Shown here one piece after another: positions 18,075 to 27,006 of a DNA stretch of 64,000 nt. Position numbers and translations under genes: made by a program. The stretch covers positions 1 through 64,000 of IMG/VR virus record IMGVR_UViG_3300027672_001612, one strand, 5' to 3'. The notes beneath the pieces are model-generated. The model made no database searches and was not told where the DNA came from. It saw only the letters and a program-made list of their open reading frames with translations. The stretch's first letter is position 1. Each line of letters begins with the position of its first letter. The stretch is from a virus. Taxonomy: Duplodnaviria; Caudoviricetes.

Positions 18075-18505
18075 TGACGATGCATTTAGCACAAGGTCTT
18101 TCGACTATCCAGAATAAGAAGTATAAGCCTAAAATGACAAAGGCTAATATTGCCAAATGGCAGGCTGGACTAATTGTTAAAAACAAGCATAACAAACGTT
18201 TGGGTATGCCTAAATTAACGTTTGAACAGTATGTAGACTACTGTCATGGTATACAACCTAAGGTAGATCCACGTAGCAGACAAGCATTCAAACCCAACAG
18301 GAAGCCCGTACAAGACACTACGGTATCAGAGTATGATAAGTACCCAAGTATGACAATGTCAAAGGGCATAAGAACTGATGGTATTGATGAGAAGTGGGAA
18401 CAAGAAAAGAAAAATATTAGCAGTCAATACACTATAGCACCAGCATATAATAAAGGTGCATATCAAGTTATTGGTAAAGCAGACATAAAACATATAGGTA
18501 AATGA
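18074..18505 (+). CDS. Conserved T4-like phage hypothetical protein
   Basis: C-terminal IAPAYNKGAYQVI motif. Confidence 0.7.
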   Translation: MTMHLAQGLSTIQNKKYKPKMTKANIAKWQAGLIVKNKHNKRLGMPKLTFEQYVDYCHGIQPKVDPRSRQAFKPNRKPVQDTTVSEYDKYPSMTMSKGIRTDGIDEKWEQEKKNISSQYTIAPAYNKGAYQVIGKADIKHIGK

Positions 18506-18744
18506 CAAAAGAAGAATTAATATTCCTAATAGATAACTTAGGATCGGAAGATAAGAACGGTAAAATCGAAGGCATATTTATAGGTAGGCACGGCGAAAGA
18601 ATTGTAACAGACAGTATTCGAGTTGACATGGACGGCGGCAGAATTATTATAGCTCAGTCAGGCTCAGATCAATATAACATAAATAAGAGCAATTGGCAAA
18701 CAGAGCTAACATTTATTCACCCAGGAGATAATAATGGATTATAG
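18502..18744 (+). CDS. Hypothetical protein
   Basis: ATGA-coupled ORF. Confidence 0.7.
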   Translation: MTKEELIFLIDNLGSEDKNGKIEGIFIGRHGERIVTDSIRVDMDGGRIIIAQSGSDQYNINKSNWQTELTFIHPGDNNGL

Positions 18745-19012
18745 TGACCATAGACTATTAAAATTTGAAGACATCAATTTTGCTGATGGCATGCACAAAG
18801 GCGGCAGGCAAAAACTATTCCATTTTAAAAATGGTTATGGTGCTAGTGTTGTTAAGCATGATAATTCTTACGGTGGCAAAAGTGGCTTATGGGAATTAGC
18901 AGTTCTTCAAGGTGAAGAATTGTGTTATGAGACTGAAATTACATCTGATGTAATAGGTCATCTTAACGATCCAGAAGTTGATCAACTGTTAGGGAGAATA
19001 GCAGACCTATGA
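18734..19012 (+). CDS. Conserved phage hypothetical protein
   Basis: FKNGYGASVV..SYGG..GLWELAV motif. Confidence 0.75.
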   Translation: MDYSDHRLLKFEDINFADGMHKGGRQKLFHFKNGYGASVVKHDNSYGGKSGLWELAVLQGEELCYETEITSDVIGHLNDPEVDQLLGRIADL

Positions 19013-19209
19013 GTAAACCATGGGAAGGCGGCAAAGGCGACACTAGTAGAAGTGGCGGCAACCAATACAAAGACAATTGGGAAAAGATATTCGGCAACAA
19101 GAAGAAAACGCCAGAAGAAGAATTAGAACCAGTTAAGAACGATGGACCTATATTACCAAACGGTTTGGCGAGACATTGGAAAAAAAAGGTTGACAAAGAC
19201 GTCAAATAG
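19009..19209 (+). CDS. Small phage protein
   Basis: GGKGD..R...YKDNWEKIF motif. Confidence 0.7.
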   Translation: MSKPWEGGKGDTSRSGGNQYKDNWEKIFGNKKKTPEEELEPVKNDGPILPNGLARHWKKKVDKDVK

Positions 19210-19217
19210 TATATAAT
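19190..19217 (+). promoter_or_regulatory. sigma70-type promoter for the ParB/HNH unit
   Basis: AAAAAAGG-TTGACA-N16-TATAAT. Confidence 0.8.
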
Positions 19218-19273
19218 ACACACTTAATGCAATAAAGCATTATATCACATAAAGACCCGGAGGGTCGCTCACT

Positions 19274-20434
19274 ATGTCAAAACTAACACATGCAAATAAA
19301 ATCAATGCCTTATTCAATGAAGCAGGCAGTAACTTTGTATCACTCGATGCAAGATTAACTCACGCACTAGCAAACAGTCCGGTATTTTCAAAAATGCTTG
19401 ACGGCGCAGTAGATGAATTTAAACGTAGAAACAACAAATGGAAGAAGTGGGACGATATTATTTTGTGCCAAGGTGTTCCAACAACAATGGCACTGGTACA
19501 AATTGATACCACTATGCAACGTCCAGTTGACTTGCGACACGTTATTGAAATAATAAACGAGTTTAGCCAAAGTATGGTAATGCCAATACAAACTTATGTA
19601 CCAGAAGGAGACAGTCCTTATATTGCTTGGGACGGGCAACACACGATATTAGCACTATATATTATTGCTACTAGAGTGTTTGGTATGCGTCCACAACAAT
19701 GTGTAATTCCAGTTAATGTATATGCAGTTACCGACAAGTTAGAAATTAGACGTAACTTTATCATGCTCAATGGCGATGCTAAAAAGCCGTTAGACTTTAT
19801 TGATATTTTTAAGCAAATGGTATTTGGTGTTAGGATCGACGGTGCTGATGACCAAGAATGGTTAGACGCAGAACTTAAACAGCAGTACTTTGAACAAGCT
19901 GGATTGTTTGCAACCAACAGTAAGTTTGGTGACGAAGATGAGCCAGGTGCGTTTACTTTGTTAGCGGATACGTTAATGACCAAACATGCAAAAAGTCGTA
20001 AGCACCCAGCAGTAACTAAAATGTTTTGTGATTATTGGGGTTATTTAGGACAAGAACGTCCAGTTGCTCCAAAAGAAGCTAGGGTATTATACGAATACTT
20101 TGATGCTTGTTACACACAAGGTATCACAGTTGACGAAGATTATTGCAGAGCATTAGCAGGCTTCACTAAGGAATTCTTTGAAGGTAACTTTAGTGAGACA
20201 GGTGCATTTTGGGATAAGGTAAAACAAAGTTACTCTAATTGGTATCGAGGTGCTAACAAGCACAGCACAGATGTCAATACAGACGGTGAGGTTATTGTTA
20301 GAGGGTTTACTACAGAATGGAGAGTTGGCGGTCCGTTCATAATTGCCCAAATTAACAAAAGTACAGAATTACAAACACCAACATACACACCAAACAATGG
20401 TTATAGTGTTAAGGAGTTTGAATTATGGAGTTAA
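19274..20434 (+). CDS. ParB/Srx-superfamily (DGQH-type) protein
   Basis: IDTTMQRP ... YIAWDGQHT ... FIMLN pattern. Confidence 0.65.
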   Translation: MSKLTHANKINALFNEAGSNFVSLDARLTHALANSPVFSKMLDGAVDEFKRRNNKWKKWDDIILCQGVPTTMALVQIDTTMQRPVDLRHVIEIINEFSQSMVMPIQTYVPEGDSPYIAWDGQHTILALYIIATRVFGMRPQQCVIPVNVYAVTDKLEIRRNFIMLNGDAKKPLDFIDIFKQMVFGVRIDGADDQEWLDAELKQQYFEQAGLFATNSKFGDEDEPGAFTLLADTLMTKHAKSRKHPAVTKMFCDYWGYLGQERPVAPKEARVLYEYFDACYTQGITVDEDYCRALAGFTKEFFEGNFSETGAFWDKVKQSYSNWYRGANKHSTDVNTDGEVIVRGFTTEWRVGGPFIIAQINKSTELQTPTYTPNNGYSVKEFELWS

Positions 20435-20868
20435 GAAACCCGGACAACGATAAAGGTAAATCCCTTAAGATTATTAAAGAGCAACAAGATGTTAAATGTA
20501 TGCTCGAGGATTGTACTGAAACATTAAGTACTTTCGAAGGACCAGGTAGTAACATACTATGCAGAAAACATCAACGAGAATGTAGTGAATATGGCGGAAT
20601 GGGTAAACCTAGCCGCCCACATACATTCTATAGAGGTTGGGTATGTACCACTTGCAACTATGACCCACGTGAGGACGAACTACGGTTTGGACATGTAACA
20701 GATCCGTTCATACGGAATAGAGCAATGCGTGGTGTCATGCATGGCGACCACATACAACTAAAGAGTAAAGGTGGTAGCAACACAGCAGACAACATAGATA
20801 CATCATGTTGTTTGTGTCATATGGCTAAAACATATATAGAAGGCGACTTCTTAGGAGCAAAACAATGA
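20425..20868 (+). CDS. HNH endonuclease with zinc-binding cysteines
   Basis: CTTC...GDHIQLKSKGGSNTADNIDTSCCLCHMAKT. Confidence 0.8.
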   Translation: MELRNPDNDKGKSLKIIKEQQDVKCMLEDCTETLSTFEGPGSNILCRKHQRECSEYGGMGKPSRPHTFYRGWVCTTCNYDPREDELRFGHVTDPFIRNRAMRGVMHGDHIQLKSKGGSNTADNIDTSCCLCHMAKTYIEGDFLGAKQ

Positions 20869-21197
20869 TACAAGAACTAAACATAAATAATTTTGATACA
20901 CCATGGGCAGACACAGAGTGGAAGAACTTTAGAAATAGTTTATCCGAAGTGTTAAATTCTAATACTTGTACTGTTACATTCGATAAGAAGAACGGAGACG
21001 AGCGTGTAATGACTTGCACACTCCAACGTGATCTTATGCCTGTTAAGGAAGTTGTCGAAGGCGAAGCGAAGAAGCCCAGGGTACTTAAAAATCCTGATAA
21101 CACATTGTCGGTATACGACCTCAATGCTAAAGGCTATCGTAGTTTTGTTGTTCGAAACGTTAAAGCAGTAACATTTGAAGTAGCGGATGAACAATAA
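20865..21197 (+). CDS. WYL_2/DUF2693-like SH3-fold protein
   Basis: VTFDKKNGDERVMTCTL...VYDLNAKGYRSF. Confidence 0.75.
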   Translation: MIQELNINNFDTPWADTEWKNFRNSLSEVLNSNTCTVTFDKKNGDERVMTCTLQRDLMPVKEVVEGEAKKPRVLKNPDNTLSVYDLNAKGYRSFVVRNVKAVTFEVADEQ

Positions 21198-21591
21198 GAA
21201 AAACTTTCTTAGTAAAAGTATTCACCATAATTCGGATCCCACACAGTCGCATTTGATTGTGTGTGCTCCGGCAAATGATGATGCTGACTATGAGTGGGTA
21301 ACTGAAGTAGGCATCAGTGAAGCAATTGCTAAGGTTGAAGGTTGGTTTGTTGATAACGATATACCTCATGTAGTTGAAATGAATTATGGAGATCCGTGGA
21401 GTATAAAGTCTTCACACCAGTTCTCAGTTAATGTGGTCATTCGAGCAGATAAAAGACCTATGACAAAAGACGAGAGAATTATATTCGAATTAAAATTTTT
21501 AAACAAATTCCCAATAACTAATTTGGGTCCATACATAGAAGAAGGTATGCGTAAAATAGGAGACGCAGAAAGTGAGCAAGAAAATGACTAA
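21187..21591 (+). CDS. Hypothetical protein
   Basis: Overlap-coupled ORF. Confidence 0.65.
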   Translation: MNNKKNFLSKSIHHNSDPTQSHLIVCAPANDDADYEWVTEVGISEAIAKVEGWFVDNDIPHVVEMNYGDPWSIKSSHQFSVNVVIRADKRPMTKDERIIFELKFLNKFPITNLGPYIEEGMRKIGDAESEQEND

Positions 21592-21934
21592 AAAGATATT
21601 TAGTGATTATACATATAGACCACTCCCGGAAGGGCTAACTATCAAAGATAGTAGCACACACGGACTAGGATTACATGCAACTACAAGGTTAGAAGCTGGT
21701 GTTGTTCTAGGAGAAACGCATGTACTAGTACACAATAGAGATAGACACGAATGGGTTAGAACTCCACTAGGTGGATTTATTAATCACTCGGAGCATCCTA
21801 ACTGTTACATAAGTACAGACAAGGGCGACAGAAATTTACACACTGTCATTCCAGTTCTCGGTGGAGAAGAACTTACAGTTTACTATCGTTTTAAAGGATA
21901 CGATGGTATAATAGGAGATGCAGAGATTGACTAA
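21572..21934 (+). CDS. SET-domain protein (lysine methyltransferase-like)
   Basis: SSTHGLGLHAT, GGFINHSEHPNC, GEELTVYY. Confidence 0.85.
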   Translation: MSKKMTKKIFSDYTYRPLPEGLTIKDSSTHGLGLHATTRLEAGVVLGETHVLVHNRDRHEWVRTPLGGFINHSEHPNCYISTDKGDRNLHTVIPVLGGEELTVYYRFKGYDGIIGDAEID

Positions 21935-22190
21935 TACTGAAAAGAAAGAGAGTAGAGCTAGAGCATTTAAAGAATCAATACAAGATACTGGTTTAGCATT
22001 AATTATAAACTTTCCATTGAACATGTTATTGCTGTACATAGCAAATAGAACATTTTTATTGGCATTGTCTGATGAGGGCAGTCGGATCTTTTGGACATCA
22101 GTGTTCTTAACGTTCTTCTTTACCATATTTGCTATTGTAAGAAAAACGTATGTAAGAATGTACTTTGAACGCAAAAACGCAAAGATTTAA
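21918..22190 (+). CDS. Two-TM membrane protein
   Basis: KESIQDTGLALIINFPLN..IVRKTYVR. Confidence 0.7.
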   Translation: MQRLTNTEKKESRARAFKESIQDTGLALIINFPLNMLLLYIANRTFLLALSDEGSRIFWTSVFLTFFFTIFAIVRKTYVRMYFERKNAKI

Positions 22191-22209
22191 CAAAAGATGT
22201 CTTTTTTGA

Positions 22210-22237
22210 CTTGAAATTTACCAAAAAAGCACTATAT
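22210..22237 (+). promoter_or_regulatory. sigma32-like heat-shock promoter (a TAAATA follows at 22253)
   Basis: CTTGAAA-N13-CACTATAT upstream of the hsp20 region. Confidence 0.55.
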
Positions 22238-22259
22238 ATTATACTAGTTACATAAATAA

Positions 22260-22590
22260 CTTTGCAATTTAAACTACAAGTGCAATTGAATCGTAAGAGA
22301 CAAAAGCATACTGTAAAATAAGTTGCCGTTTTATAGGAAAGGACTCCTACACAAGGTAAGTGAATCGTAAGTGAAACAAACCGAATGGTAAGAAGATTAG
22401 AAACTAAAACGCCCAACTGCAAATTTAAGTAGCAGTTTAGTTAATAGGATACTTTTTCGGAAGACACGAAAAATTAACGTTGGGATTGTCCACTAAAAGA
22501 ATTTGAGATGGTAACACCTCAAATAACTTACAAGAACAGTCAAGTAGAATAGAGGAACAGGACACACACTATCGAATGTACCTCTAATCT
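22260..22590 (+). ncRNA. Candidate structured RNA or very long hsp20 leader
   Basis: No plus-strand ORF; many hairpins (TAGGA/TCCTA, AACTGC/GCAGTT, TTTGAGATG-GTAA-CACCTCAAA); TGAATCGTAAG occurs twice. Confidence 0.5.
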
Positions 22591-22593
22591 GCG

Positions 22594-22667
22594 ATCTTTT
22601 TATTCGCCATACGGGTTTAAAAAGAAGAGATAGAAATTAACTTGCTTTTTAAAAGGAGAAAATTATG
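22594..22667 (+). promoter_or_regulatory. ROSE-like RNA thermometer
   Basis: CTTGCT(22641) pairs with AAGGAG SD(22653) leaving a bulged G; an upstream TCTTTTTA/TAAAAAGA hairpin; precedes a small HSP. Confidence 0.65.
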
Positions 22668-23120
22668 AATAAGCAGATCCGAATCACAACCGATTCACTA
22701 TCCCCACTATATAAAATGAGCGTCGGCTTCGACAGAATGGCAGAGCAGTTTTTCAACGACCCTTCATTTTCGCAAAACGGTACAGGCTATCCGCCTTACA
22801 ACATCACTAAGAACAAAGACGACATCTATGAAATTACTCTTGCTATTGCAGGATTCAAAAAATCAGATATCGATATTGAACTTGAAGATGGCACCCTCAA
22901 AATTACTGGTACTTCAAATGTACTAGATGCTGAAGAAGGTGATACAGTTGCGACTGAGTACTTACACAAAGGTATTGCAGAAAGAAATTTCCTTAGAACT
23001 TTCAAACTTGCAGAATACGTTGAAGTAAAAGATGCTAAACTAGAAGATGGTTTACTAAGAGTCCAACTAGAACGCAATGTCCCTGATGCAATGAAACCGC
23101 AAAAAATTAAAATATCTTAA
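22665..23120 (+). CDS. ibpA: Small heat shock protein Hsp20 (IbpA-like)
   Basis: VGFDR, YPPYNI, LAIAGF, YLHKGIAERNF, LEDGLL. Confidence 0.95.
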   Translation: MNKQIRITTDSLSPLYKMSVGFDRMAEQFFNDPSFSQNGTGYPPYNITKNKDDIYEITLAIAGFKKSDIDIELEDGTLKITGTSNVLDAEEGDTVATEYLHKGIAERNFLRTFKLAEYVEVKDAKLEDGLLRVQLERNVPDAMKPQKIKIS

Positions 23121-23184
23121 GTTTTGTGGTAAATATGTGGGTAGTAGTAATTTAACTGCTACCTGCTATTACAGTCATAAAAGG

Positions 23185-23213
23185 TTGCTTAATAGTTTAA
23201 ACTAGTGTATAAT
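23185..23213 (+). promoter_or_regulatory. sigma70-type promoter for clpS-sufB
   Basis: AAAAGG-TTGCTT-N17-TATAAT. Confidence 0.7.
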
Positions 23214-23248
23214 ACTATTCAAACACACATATAGTAAAAAGGTAACAA

Positions 23249-23548
23249 ATGGCTAAAGAGGCAGTAAAAACAAGAACGTCAACGGAACTTCGATATCCTT
23301 CCAGATTTAATGTTGTTATATATAACGATGACTTTACTCCTGTAGAGTTTGTTATAACTTTGTTAATAGAGATATTTAATAAAAATATTTCTTCAGCAAA
23401 AACATTAACGCAAACCGTACATTCAGACGGACAAGCAGTAGCCGGAACATATAACTCAGAGATTGCTGAACAGAAATGTTTAGAGGCAGTTGCAGTATCC
23501 AGATCAGCCGGGCATCCTCTACAACTTAAAGTTGAAAAAATAGGATGA
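23249..23548 (+). CDS. clpS: N-degron adaptor ClpS
   Basis: [30 protein letters not shown]. Confidence 0.93.
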   Translation: MAKEAVKTRTSTELRYPSRFNVVIYNDDFTPVEFVITLLIEIFNKNISSAKTLTQTVHSDGQAVAGTYNSEIAEQKCLEAVAVSRSAGHPLQLKVEKIG

Positions 23549-25002
23549 GCATTGATAACCTCAATACTAGCAAATACGAACAAGGCTTCGATACTAAAGT
23601 AGAAGCGGACAGTTTGCCGCCTGGATTAGATGAAGAAACTGTAAGAAAGATTAGTGCTATTAAAGAAGAGCCAGAATGGTTACTGGACTTCAGATTAAAA
23701 GCATTTAAGAGATGGCTTACTATGGACGAGCCTAATTGGAGTGAGCTAACTTATGTGCCTATTGATTACCAAGCACTTAGTTATTACTCCGCACCTAAGT
23801 TTTTTGAAGAAGGTGATATTCCACAAGAGATTTTAGATACGTTTGAAAAGTTAGGTGTCCCATTACACGAACGTGATGCATTACTTGGTTTAGATACAAC
23901 TAAAACTGTAGACGAAAGCAAGATCCCATTAGTAGCCATTGATGCAGTATTTGATAGTGTTAGCATCGCTACTACATTCCAGAAAGAATTAAAGAAACAC
24001 GGTATTATATTCAGTAGTATCAGTGAAGCAGTAAAAGAACATCCAGAACTAGTTAAGCAGTATTTAGGCACAGTTGTACCATACACTGACAACTACTTTG
24101 CTACACTGAACTCTGCGGTGTTCACAGACGGTACATTTGTATACATTCCACCTGGCGTTAGATGTCCTATGGAGTTAAATACATACTTCCGTATTAATGC
24201 TCGTAACACAGGACAGTTTGAACGCACACTTATTGTAGCAGATGCAGACAGCTTTGTTAGTTACTTAGAAGGTTGTACAGCGCCAGCATATGATGAGAAC
24301 ACCCTACATGCGGCGGTTGTGGAGCTCGTAACACACGATAGAGCAGAGATCAAGTATAGCACAGTACAAAATTGGTATGCTGGAGATGAGAATGGTGTGG
24401 GAGGAGTTTATAACTTCGTGACCAAACGAGCCATGTGTAAAGGTGTAGACAGTAAAGTAAGTTGGACTCAAGTTGAAACAGGTAGTGCTATCACATGGAA
24501 GTATCCTAGTTGCATACTTAAAGGCGATGGTAGTATCGGCGAGTTCTTCAGTGTTGCAGTTACCCAAGGTAAGCAACAAGCAGATACTGGCACCAAAATG
24601 ATACACTTAGGAAAGAACACAAAGAGTACTATTATATCCAAAGGCATTAGTTTTGGAGATAGTACAAACACATATAGAGGATCAGTCAAAGTAAATCCTG
24701 GTGCTCACAATGCTCAGAACTTTACCAAGTGCGATAGTTTAATGTTGCAAGACAGTAGAGCATTAACCATCCCTTACATCACATGCCAAAATGATAGTGC
24801 TAAGATAGAGCATGAAGCAAGTGCTGGAAAGATTAGTGAAGAGCAATTATATTATTTACAAAGTAGAGGTCTCAGCGAAGACGATGCTATGAATCTAGTT
24901 GTTAATGGATTCTGCAAAGATGTATTCCAAAAGTTACCATTAGAATTTGCCGCAGAAGCAAATAAACTATTAAGTGTAACACTGGAAGGCGCAGTAGGAT
25001 AA
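23545..25002 (+). CDS. sufB: Fe-S assembly scaffold SufB
   Basis: [54 protein letters not shown]. Confidence 0.97.
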   Translation: MSIDNLNTSKYEQGFDTKVEADSLPPGLDEETVRKISAIKEEPEWLLDFRLKAFKRWLTMDEPNWSELTYVPIDYQALSYYSAPKFFEEGDIPQEILDTFEKLGVPLHERDALLGLDTTKTVDESKIPLVAIDAVFDSVSIATTFQKELKKHGIIFSSISEAVKEHPELVKQYLGTVVPYTDNYFATLNSAVFTDGTFVYIPPGVRCPMELNTYFRINARNTGQFERTLIVADADSFVSYLEGCTAPAYDENTLHAAVVELVTHDRAEIKYSTVQNWYAGDENGVGGVYNFVTKRAMCKGVDSKVSWTQVETGSAITWKYPSCILKGDGSIGEFFSVAVTQGKQQADTGTKMIHLGKNTKSTIISKGISFGDSTNTYRGSVKVNPGAHNAQNFTKCDSLMLQDSRALTIPYITCQNDSAKIEHEASAGKISEEQLYYLQSRGLSEDDAMNLVVNGFCKDVFQKLPLEFAAEANKLLSVTLEGAVG

Positions 25003-25005
25003 ACA

Positions 25006-25034
25006 TTGACAACAAATAACAAAGGTAGTACAAT
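25006..25034 (+). promoter_or_regulatory. Leaderless sigma70 promoter of sufC
   Basis: TTGACA-N17-TACAAT-N6-ATG. Confidence 0.75.
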
Positions 25035-25040
25035 ACACAC

Positions 25041-25739
25041 ATGCTAAAATTAAAAAATTATACAGTTGAAGGAATATTCGAAGATGTTAGTTTAACATTT
25101 GAAGCTGGCAAAACTTATGTCATAATGGGCAGTAACGGTGTAGGCAAAAGCACACTGATACACAGTCTAATGGGTAAGCCAGGACTACCAGAAGCAACTG
25201 GTTGTGCAAGTTTTCAAGGTAGCGATATTAACGCACTAGAAACAGACGAACGTGCTAGACTAGGCATGTTTGTAGGATTCCAAGCACCAACAAGTATTCC
25301 AGGTCTAAGTAACTTTCAATTTATTAAACAAGCAACTGGTCTTAAAGTAACAGACATCAAAGAGTCTTTAGGCAAGTTTAAAGAATTCGCTAACACATTA
25401 GGTTTACCAAATGATTGGGATAAACGTAATCTTAACACAGATGCAAGTGGCGGCGAAAAGAAAAAGAACGAACTAATCCAAATGCTAATGATGAATACAA
25501 AGTTAGCAATGTTAGATGAACCTGATAGTGGACTAGACGTAGACGGAATTAAAGCATTAACATCAGAACTAAATGCATGGCGTACAGAAGACAATACTTT
25601 GATTGTAGTAACACATTACGACAAACTAATTACAGGATTGAATCCTGACGCTGTTATTGTTTTACAAAAAGACGGCGCTATTAAAGGTGACCAAACTTTA
25701 GCAGACAAGATTTTTGCTGATGGGTTCGAAGGTGTATAA
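25041..25739 (+). CDS. sufC: Fe-S assembly ATPase SufC
   Basis: GSNGVGKST, ERARLG, SGGEKKKNE, LDEPDSGLDVD, VTHY. Confidence 0.93.
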   Translation: MLKLKNYTVEGIFEDVSLTFEAGKTYVIMGSNGVGKSTLIHSLMGKPGLPEATGCASFQGSDINALETDERARLGMFVGFQAPTSIPGLSNFQFIKQATGLKVTDIKESLGKFKEFANTLGLPNDWDKRNLNTDASGGEKKKNELIQMLMMNTKLAMLDEPDSGLDVDGIKALTSELNAWRTEDNTLIVVTHYDKLITGLNPDAVIVLQKDGAIKGDQTLADKIFADGFEGV

Positions 25740-27006
25740 AACTTTATTCGGGCAATCACTGTTAAGCCAGCAAACCAATGCAGAAGAGTTCCATAAATTA
25801 GAAGACTATGTTGATTACGTTACCTCTAATAATTTTATAGATGAACTACCACACTCTTACTGGGCCAATATACTCCCACAGTTAAAAAAGACGTATGAGA
25901 CTAACATACTATCTTTAAAGGATACTGGACTACCTACTAAACGTAGTGAGCAGTTTAACTTTGCAAACATACATAAACTGTATGATATTGATATCCTAAG
26001 TGCTGAATCAGATAAAGATAGTTATGACGTTATAGAACGTTTTAGTTATTTGAACGGTAAGACTAAGTCTATTGTATTAAACGACAGCAGAGTATTTACA
26101 TCAAATGATTTAGGTAAACGTAGTCCGTTTAACATACAGATATTAGATAGTGTTAATACTAATAAGAACAGACAAAGCGAATATGTAAAACTACTAAAGC
26201 AACAAGATAACTTTAGTAAAGTAACATACGCTCTTTCACCTTTCCCTAACATAATTATATTCCCTAATGGTAGTAACGATACGTTTAATAAAAATCCTGT
26301 TACAGTCCAGTATAGGAACAGCAGTGATGAACCTAGACTAGAGTGCAACACAACTATTTTTGATGTACAATACAATGCTAAAGTACATTTAAAAGAAGAT
26401 GTTAAAACTACAGCAGGACAAATGAATTACAGCATGTATGTTCTTAGAGAAAACTCAGAACTAACAATAGAGCGAACAACAAACGATTACGGTGGATGGA
26501 ATATATTTGATAGTGTATTCATTTGCCACCCTGGAAGTAAACTAACAGTTAAGTTTACAAACACAGGAAGCCAGTACACACAAGAAAACTTTTACATTGA
26601 TAGTAGCAGTAAAACCTCAGTTGAAATTATTGGCAGAAACGAAATTTATAAAGGCAATCAGTATCACCAATATGTGTATCAGAAAAGCAATGATCCTGAT
26701 AACTATAGTTGTATTGATATTCGTAATGTTGGTAAAGAATATGCATCAACTAGTTTTATAGGCAGGTATGATGTTGGACCACTAAGCACAGACTTTGATG
26801 GTACAATGAACAACCAGAATTTAATGCTAGATAAAAATGTTACTATGCATACTAGACCAGTATTAGATATCCATACAAAAGAAATCAAGTGTCAGCATGG
26901 TTGCACCGTTAGTAATGTTAACGAAGACCATATGTATTATTTACAAAGTAAAGGTGTTGATAGAGTAACCGCATCAGAGATGCTAATAGAGAGTTTTTTA
27001 TGTTAA
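25714..27006 (+). CDS. sufD: Divergent SufD
   Basis: GLPTKRSEQF, NQNLML, TRPVLDIHTKEIKCQHGCTV, YYLQSKG; lies between sufC and sufS; start uncertain. Confidence 0.82.
   Translation: MLMGSKVYKTLFGQSLLSQQTNAEEFHKLEDYVDYVTSNNFIDELPHSYWANILPQLKKTYETNILSLKDTGLPTKRSEQFNFANIHKLYDIDILSAESDKDSYDVIERFSYLNGKTKSIVLNDSRVFTSNDLGKRSPFNIQILDSVNTNKNRQSEYVKLLKQQDNFSKVTYALSPFPNIIIFPNGSNDTFNKNPVTVQYRNSSDEPRLECNTTIFDVQYNAKVHLKEDVKTTAGQMNYSMYVLRENSELTIERTTNDYGGWNIFDSVFICHPGSKLTVKFTNTGSQYTQENFYIDSSSKTSVEIIGRNEIYKGNQYHQYVYQKSNDPDNYSCIDIRNVGKEYASTSFIGRYDVGPLSTDFDGTMNNQNLMLDKNVTMHTRPVLDIHTKEIKCQHGCTVSNVNEDHMYYLQSKGVDRVTASEMLIESFLC

Noticed and set aside
19180-19187. A8 run as another frameshift site
   Set aside because: It is explained as the A-tract upstream of a -35 box, and the next gene has its own SD and start
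22330-22440. Resemblance to RNase P (AGGAAAG..CTCC) and to a tmRNA resume site (AACTGCAAAT)
   Set aside because: No RNase P 3' conserved region, no tag ending in AA-stop, and no tRNA-like ends
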